From Stackebrandtia albiflava (GTDB taxonomy: Bacteria; Actinomycetota; Actinomycetes; Mycobacteriales; Micromonosporaceae): a stretch of DNA of 64,000 nt. Positions 49,911 through 60,167 of this stretch are shown in pieces (positions within the stretch are counted from its first letter, which is position 1; each line of letters begins with the position of its first letter). The stretch covers positions 365,686 through 429,685 of the forward strand of contig NZ_VLLL01000007.1 of assembly GCF_007994225.1 (NCBI RefSeq), written 5' to 3'. Both the position numbers and the translations under genes were made by a program. The notes below the pieces were generated by a model, which saw nothing but the letters and a program-made list of their open reading frames with translations, made no database searches and was not told the origin of the DNA.

Positions 49911-50117
49911 ATGGTCACTTTGAGTCTCATCAACCGCATCGCCGACAAGACGCTGTCCAAGCTGGTGGGAGAGGCCACGGCCAAGGCCGCCTGCTCGCCG
50001 TACTGGCAGACCTACTGCGTGCGCTCCGGCGTGTGCGCCAGCGGACACGCCAAGTACCGCCGGTACGTCAACGTCCACTGCGACACCTGCTGCCGCGAGT
50101 ACGTCGGCTGCTGCTGA
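49911..50117 (+). CDS. Cys-rich small peptide C (about 66-68 aa), paralog of A and B
   Basis: (MVT)LSLINRIADKTLSKLVGEATAKA | ACSPYWQTYCVRSGVCASGHAKYRRYVNVHCDTCCREYVGCC. The start is the ATG at 49911 or the TTG at 49920. Confidence 0.65.
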   Translation: MVTLSLINRIADKTLSKLVGEATAKAACSPYWQTYCVRSGVCASGHAKYRRYVNVHCDTCCREYVGCC

Positions 50118-50219
50118 CGAACGACCGCCGGGAGCGCCGCCACCACGGCCTCCCGGCCCTCGGGCACACCCGGCGCGCGACCGGAAGCCCACCGTGACGG
50201 GCCCGCCACCGGCACGGCG

Positions 50220-51125
50220 ATGTCGCATCGATGTGCCACTATCGTCGCCATGGCTCCCCCTCCGGCCGCGACGGCCGACGCAGACCTGGTGTGGCGCGAG
50301 GCCACCGACAAGTACCAGATAGCCCTCGACGGCGCGACCCTCGTATGCCGTAACGACAAGGGCAAACGCCTCAAATCGGTTCCCAAGGCGGTCCGCGACG
50401 GCGCCGTGGCGGAGGAACTGCTCGCGGTCCGCGACTTCCTGGAACGACACGAACGGCACTGTCACGCCACCGTCGAATCCTGGATGCTGGGCGCCCTCCC
50501 CATACCGGTGCCGCTGCTCCTGGAGATCTGGCCGGACCCCGCGTGGCGTCAGGCACTGGCCGACCTGGCGGTCGCGGAGGAACCGGGCGGCGAGCCCGGC
50601 CTGCTGCGGCAGATCGACGACGACGGCAGGATCGGTGTCGTCAACCTCGACGCCGAGACCGAGTGGATCGACGCCGAGCGCCTCTACATCCCGCATCCGG
50701 TGCTGCTTCCCGACCTGGACGACGTACGTGACTTCGCCGTGGAACTGGGTGTCTCTCAGCGGGTCCCGCAACTGGTCCGGGAGGTGTTCACCAAACCCGA
50801 CACCGTCGAGGGCAACAGCCTCGGACGGTACGGCGGCGGGGTCTTCGACGAGCTCCGCCAGGCCAAGGGCCGGGCGATCAAGTTCGGCTTCGGTGTCCGA
50901 GGCGGCTACGCCACCACCCACGCCACCGACGGCGGCACCGAACTCCAGGCGCGCTACTGGCTGGGCGACGACGGTCCCGACTACGAGGCGTACACCGGGG
51001 ACCTGCTGTGGGTGGACGACGACGAGCGTCCCGTCCCGTTGACCGACGTCGGACCGATCGCCTGGTCCGAGGGAGTGCGCATGGCCGAACTGATCTACGC
51101 CGGAAGGAAGACCGATGACGAGTGA
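50220..51125 (+). CDS. hypothetical protein (301 aa), coupled to the downstream giant gene
   Basis: Good GC3 bias. Its stop overlaps the next ATG (ATGACGAGTGA). No motif recognised. Confidence 0.55.
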   Translation: MSHRCATIVAMAPPPAATADADLVWREATDKYQIALDGATLVCRNDKGKRLKSVPKAVRDGAVAEELLAVRDFLERHERHCHATVESWMLGALPIPVPLLLEIWPDPAWRQALADLAVAEEPGGEPGLLRQIDDDGRIGVVNLDAETEWIDAERLYIPHPVLLPDLDDVRDFAVELGVSQRVPQLVREVFTKPDTVEGNSLGRYGGGVFDELRQAKGRAIKFGFGVRGGYATTHATDGGTELQARYWLGDDGPDYEAYTGDLLWVDDDERPVPLTDVGPIAWSEGVRMAELIYAGRKTDDE

Positions 51126-54100
51126 CGCCCTGCTGCGCGCCGGGTTGGCACCGTTGGACGCCCCCGACGGCATGCCCCTCCGCGCCCGCACCTACTCGCA
51201 CCCGGCGCTCGGCACGCGCCCGGTCGTCCGCCTCGCCGGCGACCAGGTCGCCGAGGCCGAGGACCGCACCCTGGAGTTCCTCGGCTTCACCGAACCGCGT
51301 ATCTCGGAACCGTTGGGACGCATCGTCGCCGGAGGCTCCGGATACCCCGCCTGGGCGTTGATCAACGATCCCGACAACGGCAGGTTGGCCCTGTCGGTCG
51401 TCCCCGACATGGAACGCGCCGCACGCAAGGCCGTGGCCTCGCCGCTGGACGCGCAGGCCGGATTCACGCAGATCGCGGCGAAACTGCCACAGACGCACCT
51501 TCCCTCCTTCTGGGAGCAGGCGGGCCGGGCGTTCCTCGACGCCGACCGCGCCCACTTCGCGGGCCAGATGTTCGGACGCGCCCGCGAGGTCGAACGCGTC
51601 CACGCGCTGCCAGTCGACGAGAACCTCCGCCGCGCGGTGTTCCTGGAGTTCGCGCTCGCCGGCGCCCTGTCGGTCAAGGCGCTCACCGAATACCTGAACG
51701 AGCTGACCAGCCGGTACGACCCCGACACCGCCGCCGACTCCTTCGAGTCGCTGACCCTGGGCAGGATCCGGGGCGGGCTGTCGCCCTGGGCCGACCTGCC
51801 CAAGCAGTGGCGGCGGCTCACCAAGTCCGCCGGGCGGGACTCGACCGCGGAGGAACGGCGACTGCTCGCGGAACTGCTCGACGCCGCCCCGATGCGGTCG
51901 GCGCCGGTGAAGTTCTGGCAACAGTGCCGGGCGTCGCTGGTGGCGCTGGGGCGTTCCGAGCCACGACACGCGCGCAGCCTGCTGTTCCTGTTCCCGCAGA
52001 CCAACGGACGCCAGGACGCCACCGCCGGGTTCTTCGAGTGGTGGCTGGACCTGCTCGACGACGCGGGCGCGTTGCGACTGCTCGCGGAGTCCGACGCCCC
52101 GGTGGAGTGGATGAACCGGGCGGTCGCGGAGCTGAAGGTCTCCGACCGCAGGCAGAGCGCCCCGCAGCGGCTGATCGACCTCGTGAAGGAGTTGGCGCCC
52201 CGGTTGACGGGCCTCGACCTGGGCTCCGAGCAGCGTCGGTACAACCCGCGGATCAACATGGACCTGCTCAGCGTGTGCCTGACGTCGGGCGTCGCGATCA
52301 AGGAACCCGACGCGAAGGCCCACCTGGGGCCGGGGGACTGGTACGCGTCGGCCAACACCGAGATCGACCCGATAGCGGCCGACCCGAGGTTCCGGCCCAT
52401 GCTGTACAGGGCGCTCGACCGGTTGGCCGGTCACGCCGAGGCGATACGCCACCCGAAGCTGCGGCCCGTCATCGAGGACTGGATCACCTCGCGGGCGGAA
52501 CGCACCGTGGACTGCGGCCTACTCGACCTCGACGCCGTGTTGCCGCTGTTCACGCACGTCGAACTCGAGTCCTTCCCCAAGGCGGACCGCGCGTTGATCG
52601 ACATCGACGTCGCCGAGACCCTGGCGCGTTCGCTGCGGGCGGGCCTGCCGGGCGAGCTGGGTTGGGCGGCCTTCGACGAGGCGGTGTCCGAACTGGACGG
52701 TCGGATCCGGATGACCGCGAGCTGGCCGATCCTGACCGTCTACAGTACCGAGAAGGCGATCGCGATCGGTCCGCAGGGCCGGATCGCCGAACACGAACTG
52801 CGATTCGCGGGCAAGCCGAGCCGGATCATCGTGACGTACTCCGACGACGCCTTCATGGTCGTGTGGAACGTCAGTTACAGCACCAACCACTTCTACTGGA
52901 GTCACGACCCCGCCCGGGTGGAGGAACTGAAGACCTCCTGGATCGGGGACCGCAGCGAGGACCAGGGCTACCACCTGCTGAACCCGCAGGGCAGGCTGCT
53001 CAGTCGCGGCGAGGTACTGCACCGCGGACAGGACACGCTGGAGGCGCAACGCTGGAAGGGCCTCACCGACGGCGAGACGTTCTGGTCGGCGGCGAACCAC
53101 TCGTGGGACGTCCACGAGATCGACCCCGCCACCGGTGAACTCGGACGGGTGTCGTTCCCGTCGTTCTTCGACGACGCGGAACGTCCGGCGGGTCACAAAT
53201 GGAGCATCACCTACAGCTCCCTCGTGGCGCTACCGGGCGGGATACCCGGGTCACCCTTGGGCAGTCGTGGGGACCTGATGGGGTTCCGTGTGTCCACGGG
53301 AGACGACGGGCACGCCATCACCGGCGTCGACGGCCGGCACGCCACGCTGCCGACCGGGCACTCGATACCGTGGGCGCTCATCGACATCCCCGGGGTCGAC
53401 TCACCCAGGATGCTCACCGGGACCGGCAGGAACCGGCTGGTGGACCCCCAGGGGCGGGCGCACTCGACGATCGGGATCGGCGGCAGGGAGGCGCCACCGA
53501 AGGCGTTCTGGCACTTCATGACGCCACGCGACCCGGAGTCGTCGAAGATCCTGCGGGACATCGACCGCGAGACGGCGTGGCGGCTCATCAAAGCCGCACA
53601 CGAGGACATCGAGACACGACGCGACGAGTCGGAGGACCGGAAACCGGCCCGGCTGGAGACCGAACTGTCCGAGGTGGGCATCACGCACGAGCGGATCCGC
53701 GACCACGTCGCCGCCGTGGTGCGCGAGGCCACCAGGATGGCGCGGAACCGCGAACTGATGCTGAAGCCCGAGAACGCACCCACGAAGTGGACACCGTCCA
53801 TCGACCGTCAGGGACTGTCCACCGGACTCTCCGGGCTCCGTCAGGGTGACAACGTGTACAACGACAACACCGCCGAGGTGTTCGAGGCACAGATCGGATT
53901 CCTGGCCGGCACCATCGGTTCCGACGACGCCGCGAAACACGCCTGGCAGAGATACGGCGACTGGACCGACCTGTTGGGCAGGTTCGCGGCCCTGGCGGTG
54001 CGCGCGGTCAGCCCCGCGTTCGACGAGTCGGCGCGGAACGCCCTGCGCCGGATGCTCACACTGGCGGCGGAGAGTCCCATCACCTCGGGCGACGTGAGGA

Positions 54101-55611
54101 TCGGCGCGATGACGTCAGGGGAGCACGTCGGCGTGCGGAACGCCGACGGTGCGCTGATCACGACGACGACGATCCGCGTCGACGGTGTCACCCACTACGT
54201 CTTCCTCGAGGTCGGCCGACCGGAACGGCCCGCCGTGTCCAACGAGTTGCGCGCCGTCACGACCGGTTGGGGTGCCTCCGCCAGGATCAAGGAGTTCCTG
54301 GCGGCCGTCGAGCGGCAACCGGTCGTGGAGGTCGATCCCGCGGCGGTGGCACTGCTGTCGGAACGGACCGGCATGAGCTCCGGGGCGGCGACGCTGCTCC
54401 TGACGGGGCTTCCCCGCGTCACCGTTTACGAGACGCACTTCCTGGACGCGGACACCCGGAAACGGCTCGGCCTGACGTCGGCGGCGGCGCAGTCCGGACG
54501 CGCCACCGTACGGAGACTGCGACAGGACGACGCCCTGGACTTCTACGAGGAGGTGTTGGGCGACGACCCGACGATCCTGTGGGACCAGCCCCGGTTCGCG
54601 GCGGGACTCGCGGAGGCGTGGGTGAAGCGGCACGGTCGTTCCGTCCCACTCTCCGAGGAGACCCGGGCCCAGGCCGACAAGATCGGGCTGTCCCACGGCG
54701 CCGACTCCGTACTGCGGTTCTTCACCGACGGCGACCGCGCGTTCTGTGACAAGAGCGGACTGCTCTCCCCGAGGGAACTGAACGACGTCCAACAGGCGGC
54801 GTGCTGGGCGTACGCGTCACTCCCGGAGGGCGACCCCGTGCGCGACGGGATCCCGCGCGCCCTGGCGGCCGCCCACGCGGACGTCGCCGACGAGTCGCAA
54901 CTGTTCGGGATCGGATACCTCGACGTGCCGGACGACCTGTTGAGCGAGGACGAGCGGCACATCGCGCAGTTGGGCCGCACCGCCTACGACGGTGGACTCG
55001 TCGTCGCCGAACAGCGGGGACGACGCCAGTCGAGGACGTACTTCCGGCCCGCCCGGTTGACCGACGACTCCGCCGGGACGGCGTTGCGCGCCATCGACTA
55101 CACCGGCGTCGTCCGGCTGGTCGACTGGTTCCGCAGCCCGGACGCGGCGGACATCGCGGCCCGGATCGGGAAGATCCCGGCGGGCCGGTACGAAGCCGAC
55201 CCGCGTGCCTCGGTACCGCACCTGGTGGCGGAGGCACGCGACGACCTCGGCCTGTCCGAGGAGGCCGCGACCCTCTACCTGCAACTGCTGGCCCTGCCCG
55301 AACCCACCGACCGCAACGTCCGCACCTGGAACGGGTGGACCCCGGCACGGCACAAGAAGGCGATCGCCGAGTTGCTGGAGAAGGAACTGGTCGTCGCCGC
55401 CAAACGGTCCCGTGCCGGGCGTGGCGTGTTCCTCCCCGGCGGCTGGCAGGACCTCAAGGCGCCCGCCAAGCCGCGTGAGACCTGGAAGGAGCCGCTCTAC
55501 CCGGCGCCGCCGACCAGCTACTACGCCTCGTCGCCGCTGGTGAACCGGCCGTTGACGGAACTGTTCACCCAGGCGTGGCGGCGTCACACCTCGGGAGAGG
55601 GACCCCGGTGA
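51115..55611 (+). CDS. giant hypothetical protein (1498 aa), paralog 1
   Basis: Uninterrupted ORF, collinear similarity to 55608-60167 along the full length. No catalytic motif recognised. Confidence 0.7.
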   Translation: MTSDALLRAGLAPLDAPDGMPLRARTYSHPALGTRPVVRLAGDQVAEAEDRTLEFLGFTEPRISEPLGRIVAGGSGYPAWALINDPDNGRLALSVVPDMERAARKAVASPLDAQAGFTQIAAKLPQTHLPSFWEQAGRAFLDADRAHFAGQMFGRAREVERVHALPVDENLRRAVFLEFALAGALSVKALTEYLNELTSRYDPDTAADSFESLTLGRIRGGLSPWADLPKQWRRLTKSAGRDSTAEERRLLAELLDAAPMRSAPVKFWQQCRASLVALGRSEPRHARSLLFLFPQTNGRQDATAGFFEWWLDLLDDAGALRLLAESDAPVEWMNRAVAELKVSDRRQSAPQRLIDLVKELAPRLTGLDLGSEQRRYNPRINMDLLSVCLTSGVAIKEPDAKAHLGPGDWYASANTEIDPIAADPRFRPMLYRALDRLAGHAEAIRHPKLRPVIEDWITSRAERTVDCGLLDLDAVLPLFTHVELESFPKADRALIDIDVAETLARSLRAGLPGELGWAAFDEAVSELDGRIRMTASWPILTVYSTEKAIAIGPQGRIAEHELRFAGKPSRIIVTYSDDAFMVVWNVSYSTNHFYWSHDPARVEELKTSWIGDRSEDQGYHLLNPQGRLLSRGEVLHRGQDTLEAQRWKGLTDGETFWSAANHSWDVHEIDPATGELGRVSFPSFFDDAERPAGHKWSITYSSLVALPGGIPGSPLGSRGDLMGFRVSTGDDGHAITGVDGRHATLPTGHSIPWALIDIPGVDSPRMLTGTGRNRLVDPQGRAHSTIGIGGREAPPKAFWHFMTPRDPESSKILRDIDRETAWRLIKAAHEDIETRRDESEDRKPARLETELSEVGITHERIRDHVAAVVREATRMARNRELMLKPENAPTKWTPSIDRQGLSTGLSGLRQGDNVYNDNTAEVFEAQIGFLAGTIGSDDAAKHAWQRYGDWTDLLGRFAALAVRAVSPAFDESARNALRRMLTLAAESPITSGDVRIGAMTSGEHVGVRNADGALITTTTIRVDGVTHYVFLEVGRPERPAVSNELRAVTTGWGASARIKEFLAAVERQPVVEVDPAAVALLSERTGMSSGAATLLLTGLPRVTVYETHFLDADTRKRLGLTSAAAQSGRATVRRLRQDDALDFYEEVLGDDPTILWDQPRFAAGLAEAWVKRHGRSVPLSEETRAQADKIGLSHGADSVLRFFTDGDRAFCDKSGLLSPRELNDVQQAACWAYASLPEGDPVRDGIPRALAAAHADVADESQLFGIGYLDVPDDLLSEDERHIAQLGRTAYDGGLVVAEQRGRRQSRTYFRPARLTDDSAGTALRAIDYTGVVRLVDWFRSPDAADIAARIGKIPAGRYEADPRASVPHLVAEARDDLGLSEEAATLYLQLLALPEPTDRNVRTWNGWTPARHKKAIAELLEKELVVAAKRSRAGRGVFLPGGWQDLKAPAKPRETWKEPLYPAPPTSYYASSPLVNRPLTELFTQAWRRHTSGEGPR

Positions 55612-58600
55612 GTGCGGCCCGGACGGACGCCCCGGACACCGGCGACGCGCTGCTGCGCGCCGGGATGGCACCGGTGGACTCCGAGGAGGGGGAGCCGGTC
55701 CGCGCCCGCGGCTACCGGCACCCCGCACTGGGTGGCCGCCCAGTCGTCCGGCTGGTCGCGGAACGGTTGGGTGAGGCCGAGGACCGCACCCTCGGCTTCC
55801 TGGGCTTCACCGCGCCGACCGTCTCGCCGCCGGTGGCGCGCGGCGTCACCGGCGGCGTCGGATACCCCGCGTGGGCGCTGATCAACGACCCCGCCAACGG
55901 GAGACTCGCGCTGTCGGTCATCCCCGATATGGAGTTCGCGGCCCGCAAGGCCGTCGCCTCACCGAGCACCGCCCACCTGACACTGCTGGACGTCGCCGAC
56001 CGGCTTCCCGCCGGGCACCTCCCCGCATTCTGGGAGGAGGCGGGGAGGATCTTCCTGCGCGCCGACCGCTCCCACTACACGGTGCAGTACTTCGGGAAGG
56101 CCAGGGAGGCGGAGCGGCGGCACGCGCTACCGGTAGACGAGGCGACCCTGCAGGCCGTGTACCTGGAGTTCGCGCTGGCGGGCGCGCTGTCGGTGAAGGC
56201 GTTGACCGAGTACCTCGACGAGCTGTCGCGGCGTTACGCGCCGGACGAGGCGCTGGCGAAGTTCGAGTCGCTGGCGTTCGGCCGGATCAGGGCGGGGCTG
56301 GCGCCGTGGTCGACGATGCACGCGCAGTGGCGGCGACTCGTCAAGGCGACCGGACGCGACGCGGACGCCGAGGCACGGCGGCTGCTCACCGAACTGTTCG
56401 ACGCCCCGGCGTTGCGGTACGCGCCGGTGAAGTTCTGGGAGGTGTTCCGGCCCGCGCTGGTGGCGCTCGGTCGTTCCGACGAGCGGCACGCCCGGACGAT
56501 CCTGCACCTGTTCCCGAGGTACTCCGACAACGACCGGGACGCGCACACGTTCACCACGTGGTGGCTGGAACTGTTGGACGAGATCGGGGCGTTCCGGCTG
56601 TTGGACGATCCGGGGCACGCCCGCTCCTGGCTCCACCGGATGATCGGTCAGCTCAAGGTGTCGGACCGCCGGGACAGCGCACCGCCCCGGCTGCTGGCGC
56701 TCGTGGAGGAGCTGGCTCCCCGGCTCACCGGAGTGGACCTGTCCGCCGGAACCGACTGGTACGTCAACCGCGTCAACATCGACCTGTTGAGCACCTTCCT
56801 GAGGCTGGGTGTTCCGGTCGCCGACCCGGTGAAGAACGCCAGGCTGGACGTGACCGACTGGATCGCGACCGCCCGGACCGATCTGGCCCCGGTGGTGACC
56901 GACCCGCGTTTCCGGGAACTGTTGTACACCGAACTGGACAGGCTGGCGGTCGGTCCCGAGACGTTGCGGCACCGCCGGTTGCGTCCGGTGGTGGGCGGCT
57001 GGCTGGTCGATCGCGCCACCCGCGCCGAGGGCGGCGGGCTGCTCGATCTGGAAGCCTCCATGAAGTTGTTCGAGCACATCTCGTTGGACGAGCAACCGGA
57101 GGCGCGGCGGGCGCTGGCCGACATGGATCCGGTGGAACGGCTGCGCCGGTCGCTGCGCGCGGGAACACCCGCCGAGCTCGGCTGGCCGGCGTTCGACGAA
57201 GCCGTGTCCGAACTGGGCGGCCGGGTGGAGATGATCCCGAGCTGGCCGATCCTGACCGTCTACAACGGAGTGAAGGCGATCGCCGTCGGTCCGGAGGGCA
57301 GGGTGGCCGAGCACGCGCTGCAGACGTCGGCCGGACCGGACCGGACCGTCGTCGCCTACGCCGACGGCGCGTTCATCGTCGCGTGGAAGGCCGGCCGGGA
57401 GTACCACCACTACTGGAGCCACGACCCGTCCCGGGTCGCGCCGCTGGCGAACTCCTGGCTCTCCACGCACATCCAGGGCATGGGGTTCACCCCGCTCACC
57501 TCGGACGGCACCCGCCTCACCGAGGGCACCGCGCTGCGCCGGGGCGACGACCGGATCAACGACAACGACGACGTCCTCAGCGACGGGGAACGCTTCTGGA
57601 TCGGGCAGTGGGAGTCCGGAAGCGTCCGCTTCCGGGAGGTGGACCCGCAGACCGGCAAGGTCGGTGGTCACTCGACTCCCGCGTTCTTCGACGACGCGGC
57701 CCTACCCGACGGGCACTGGTGGCTGGTCCACGTGAACTCGCTGGCGGCGCTCCCCGAGGCCGTCGCCGCGGAATCGCCACTGGGACACGACGGCGGGCTG
57801 GTGGGGTTCCGGGCGTCCGCGAACGGGAAGACCACCGTGATCACCGGCGTCGACGGCCGCACCGCGACACTCCCGTCCGACCGGGACTCGCCGTGGGGAC
57901 TGCTCGACATCCCCGGCCACGACACCCCCAGGATCATGACCGGCACCGGTTTCGTGAACCTGATCGGCCCCGACGGTGCCCTGCACTGGGCGGTGGCCAC
58001 CGGCACCGCGACCACCCCGCCGGCCGCCTTCTGGCACTTCACGTCCCCGCGCGACCCCGAGGGGTCGAAGGCACTACGGGACGTCGACACGCCGACGGTG
58101 GAACGACTCGTCACCGCCCTCACCGAGGACAGGGCGGCCGTGGACTCCGGCGCGGAACCGAAGGGCACCACCGCCCGGACGGACGCCGTACTCACCGACA
58201 TCGGCATCCGGCATCCGGTGCTGCGGGAGGCCGTCACCGACATGACCCGGCGCGCGGTGGGACTGCGGGACCAACGCGAACGGCTGCTGTCGGCCGGGCG
58301 GTCGACGGTGGGCCGGCCCCCGGCGATCGACCGAACCGGTCTCGCCGAGGGACTGTCGGGCCTGGTCACCTCCGGCCGGCCCGCCCAGTACGACCGGACG
58401 GCCGACCAGCTCACGGCACAACTGGACTTCCTCGCCGAGCGGATCGACGGCCCCACCACGCTGGCCGCGCTGCGTTACCACTCCACCGACTGGACGCCGC
58501 TGCTCGGCAACCTGGCCGCCCTGGCGGTCCGCGCGGTGAGCGTCGCCTACGACGACACGGTCCGCGACACGCTGCGACGGCTGCTGGGACTACTCGCCGA

Positions 58601-60167
58601 CGGTCCGGCGACCACGGGGGTCCTGCGGCGCGGAACGATGGTCACCGGCGGCGCCGTCGCGCACCGCGACCCGGGTGGCGCCCTGGTCACCGTCGACTCC
58701 GTGTACCGGGACGGCCAGCGGCATCACCGGTTCATCGAACTGGGTGACCCGCGACGCCCCGCCACCGCCACCGCCGTCCACACCGTCCCGGTCGGGTGGG
58801 GTTCACCCGACCGGATCGCGGAGTTCCTCGCGGCGGCGGAGCGTCGGCCCGTGGTGCCGCCGGATCCGAAGGCGGTCGCGATCCTCTCGGAGCGGACCGG
58901 TCTCAACGGGTCCGCCGCGCTCCTGCTGCTGACGGGACTGCCCGGCATCGAGGTGTACGAGTCGGACTTCCTGGGCCCGGAGGGGCGGGAACGGTTGGGC
59001 CTGAAGACGACCACCGCCAAGGCGGGCCGGATGGCCTTCGACGGGATGACCCGCGGCGACCGGCTCGCACTGTACGAGGCCGCGCTCGGTGAGGACGCGA
59101 CGGTCCTGTGGGACCCGCCCCGGTTCGCCGCACGGCTCGCGGACGCCTGGGTCGCCCGGTACGGCCGCCGCATTCCACTGTCCGAAGAGGTCATCCTGGC
59201 CGCCGACCGGCTGGAGCTCCACAACGGCACCGAGTCGGTGTTGAGGTACCTGACGGAAGTGGGGCGGGAGCCCGACGCCGAGGCGCCGGCGGCCGCCCCT
59301 CCGTTGGGCGACGCGGACGGCCTGTTGACCGTCATGGAACTCCTGGACCTGCGACGGGTGGTCAGCTGGGCGTACACCGCGCTGCCGGAGGGCGATCCGG
59401 TCCGGGACGGCGTTCCGCGCGTACGGGAGGCGGTCCTCGCCTCGCTCGCCGACGATCGTCCACTATGGGATATCGGCGGTCACTCGGCGGCACGGTTCCC
59501 CCGGGAACTGCTGGGCGACGAACCGTACTGGGACCAGGCCCTCGGCCGGAAGGTCCACGACGGCGGCCTGTTCGTCGCCGTCGAGGAACAGGACTGGTTC
59601 CGCGTGTACTTCCGGCCCGCCCGTCTCACCGACGACGCGGCCGGCGCCACCCTGCGGGCCCTGGACGACATGCACTACACGACCCTCATCGACTGGTGGC
59701 GGGGACCGGACCCGGTGGCGCTCGCCGCCCGGATAGGCTCCCTCCCGCCCGGTCGGTACGAATGCGACCCACGGGCGTCGGTGCCGGAACTGGTGGACGA
59801 GGTGCGATCCACTCTGGACCTCTCCGAGGACGCCGCGACCCTGTACCTGCAACTGCTCACCCTGCTCGACCCCACCGACCGGCACGTCCGCACCTGGAAC
59901 GACTGGACGCCCGCCCGGCACAAGAAGGCGGTCGCCGCACTGCTGGAAGCGGAACTCGTCGTCGCCGCCAAACGGTCCCGTGCCGGGCGCGACGTCTTCC
60001 TACCCGGCGGCTGGGGCACCGCGAAGGCACCCGAGGTGCCGTCCGAGACATGGAAGGATCCGATGTACCCGGTGTTCGACTCGATACCACGTTCGGTGAC
60101 CCGGCCGCTGCCGGAACTGTTCGCGCACGCATGGCGGCGTCACACCTCGGGGGAGGGACCACGATGA
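55608..60167 (+). CDS. giant hypothetical protein (about 1520 aa), paralog 2
   Basis: The GTG overlaps the paralog-1 stop as GTGA. N-terminus SAARTDAPDTGDALLRAGMAPVD aligns to MTSDALLRAGLAPLD; the two are about 50-60% identical by eye. Confidence 0.7.
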   Translation: MSAARTDAPDTGDALLRAGMAPVDSEEGEPVRARGYRHPALGGRPVVRLVAERLGEAEDRTLGFLGFTAPTVSPPVARGVTGGVGYPAWALINDPANGRLALSVIPDMEFAARKAVASPSTAHLTLLDVADRLPAGHLPAFWEEAGRIFLRADRSHYTVQYFGKAREAERRHALPVDEATLQAVYLEFALAGALSVKALTEYLDELSRRYAPDEALAKFESLAFGRIRAGLAPWSTMHAQWRRLVKATGRDADAEARRLLTELFDAPALRYAPVKFWEVFRPALVALGRSDERHARTILHLFPRYSDNDRDAHTFTTWWLELLDEIGAFRLLDDPGHARSWLHRMIGQLKVSDRRDSAPPRLLALVEELAPRLTGVDLSAGTDWYVNRVNIDLLSTFLRLGVPVADPVKNARLDVTDWIATARTDLAPVVTDPRFRELLYTELDRLAVGPETLRHRRLRPVVGGWLVDRATRAEGGGLLDLEASMKLFEHISLDEQPEARRALADMDPVERLRRSLRAGTPAELGWPAFDEAVSELGGRVEMIPSWPILTVYNGVKAIAVGPEGRVAEHALQTSAGPDRTVVAYADGAFIVAWKAGREYHHYWSHDPSRVAPLANSWLSTHIQGMGFTPLTSDGTRLTEGTALRRGDDRINDNDDVLSDGERFWIGQWESGSVRFREVDPQTGKVGGHSTPAFFDDAALPDGHWWLVHVNSLAALPEAVAAESPLGHDGGLVGFRASANGKTTVITGVDGRTATLPSDRDSPWGLLDIPGHDTPRIMTGTGFVNLIGPDGALHWAVATGTATTPPAAFWHFTSPRDPEGSKALRDVDTPTVERLVTALTEDRAAVDSGAEPKGTTARTDAVLTDIGIRHPVLREAVTDMTRRAVGLRDQRERLLSAGRSTVGRPPAIDRTGLAEGLSGLVTSGRPAQYDRTADQLTAQLDFLAERIDGPTTLAALRYHSTDWTPLLGNLAALAVRAVSVAYDDTVRDTLRRLLGLLADGPATTGVLRRGTMVTGGAVAHRDPGGALVTVDSVYRDGQRHHRFIELGDPRRPATATAVHTVPVGWGSPDRIAEFLAAAERRPVVPPDPKAVAILSERTGLNGSAALLLLTGLPGIEVYESDFLGPEGRERLGLKTTTAKAGRMAFDGMTRGDRLALYEAALGEDATVLWDPPRFAARLADAWVARYGRRIPLSEEVILAADRLELHNGTESVLRYLTEVGREPDAEAPAAAPPLGDADGLLTVMELLDLRRVVSWAYTALPEGDPVRDGVPRVREAVLASLADDRPLWDIGGHSAARFPRELLGDEPYWDQALGRKVHDGGLFVAVEEQDWFRVYFRPARLTDDAAGATLRALDDMHYTTLIDWWRGPDPVALAARIGSLPPGRYECDPRASVPELVDEVRSTLDLSEDAATLYLQLLTLLDPTDRHVRTWNDWTPARHKKAVAALLEAELVVAAKRSRAGRDVFLPGGWGTAKAPEVPSETWKDPMYPVFDSIPRSVTRPLPELFAHAWRRHTSGEGPR

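Noticed and set aside
50878-52452. 524-aa and 402-aa ORFs on the minus strand inside the giant paralogs, and similar ones at 54817-55728, 56127-57671 and 57668-58459
   Set aside because: Antisense to strongly supported, translationally coupled plus-strand genes. Arg/Ser/Pro-rich.
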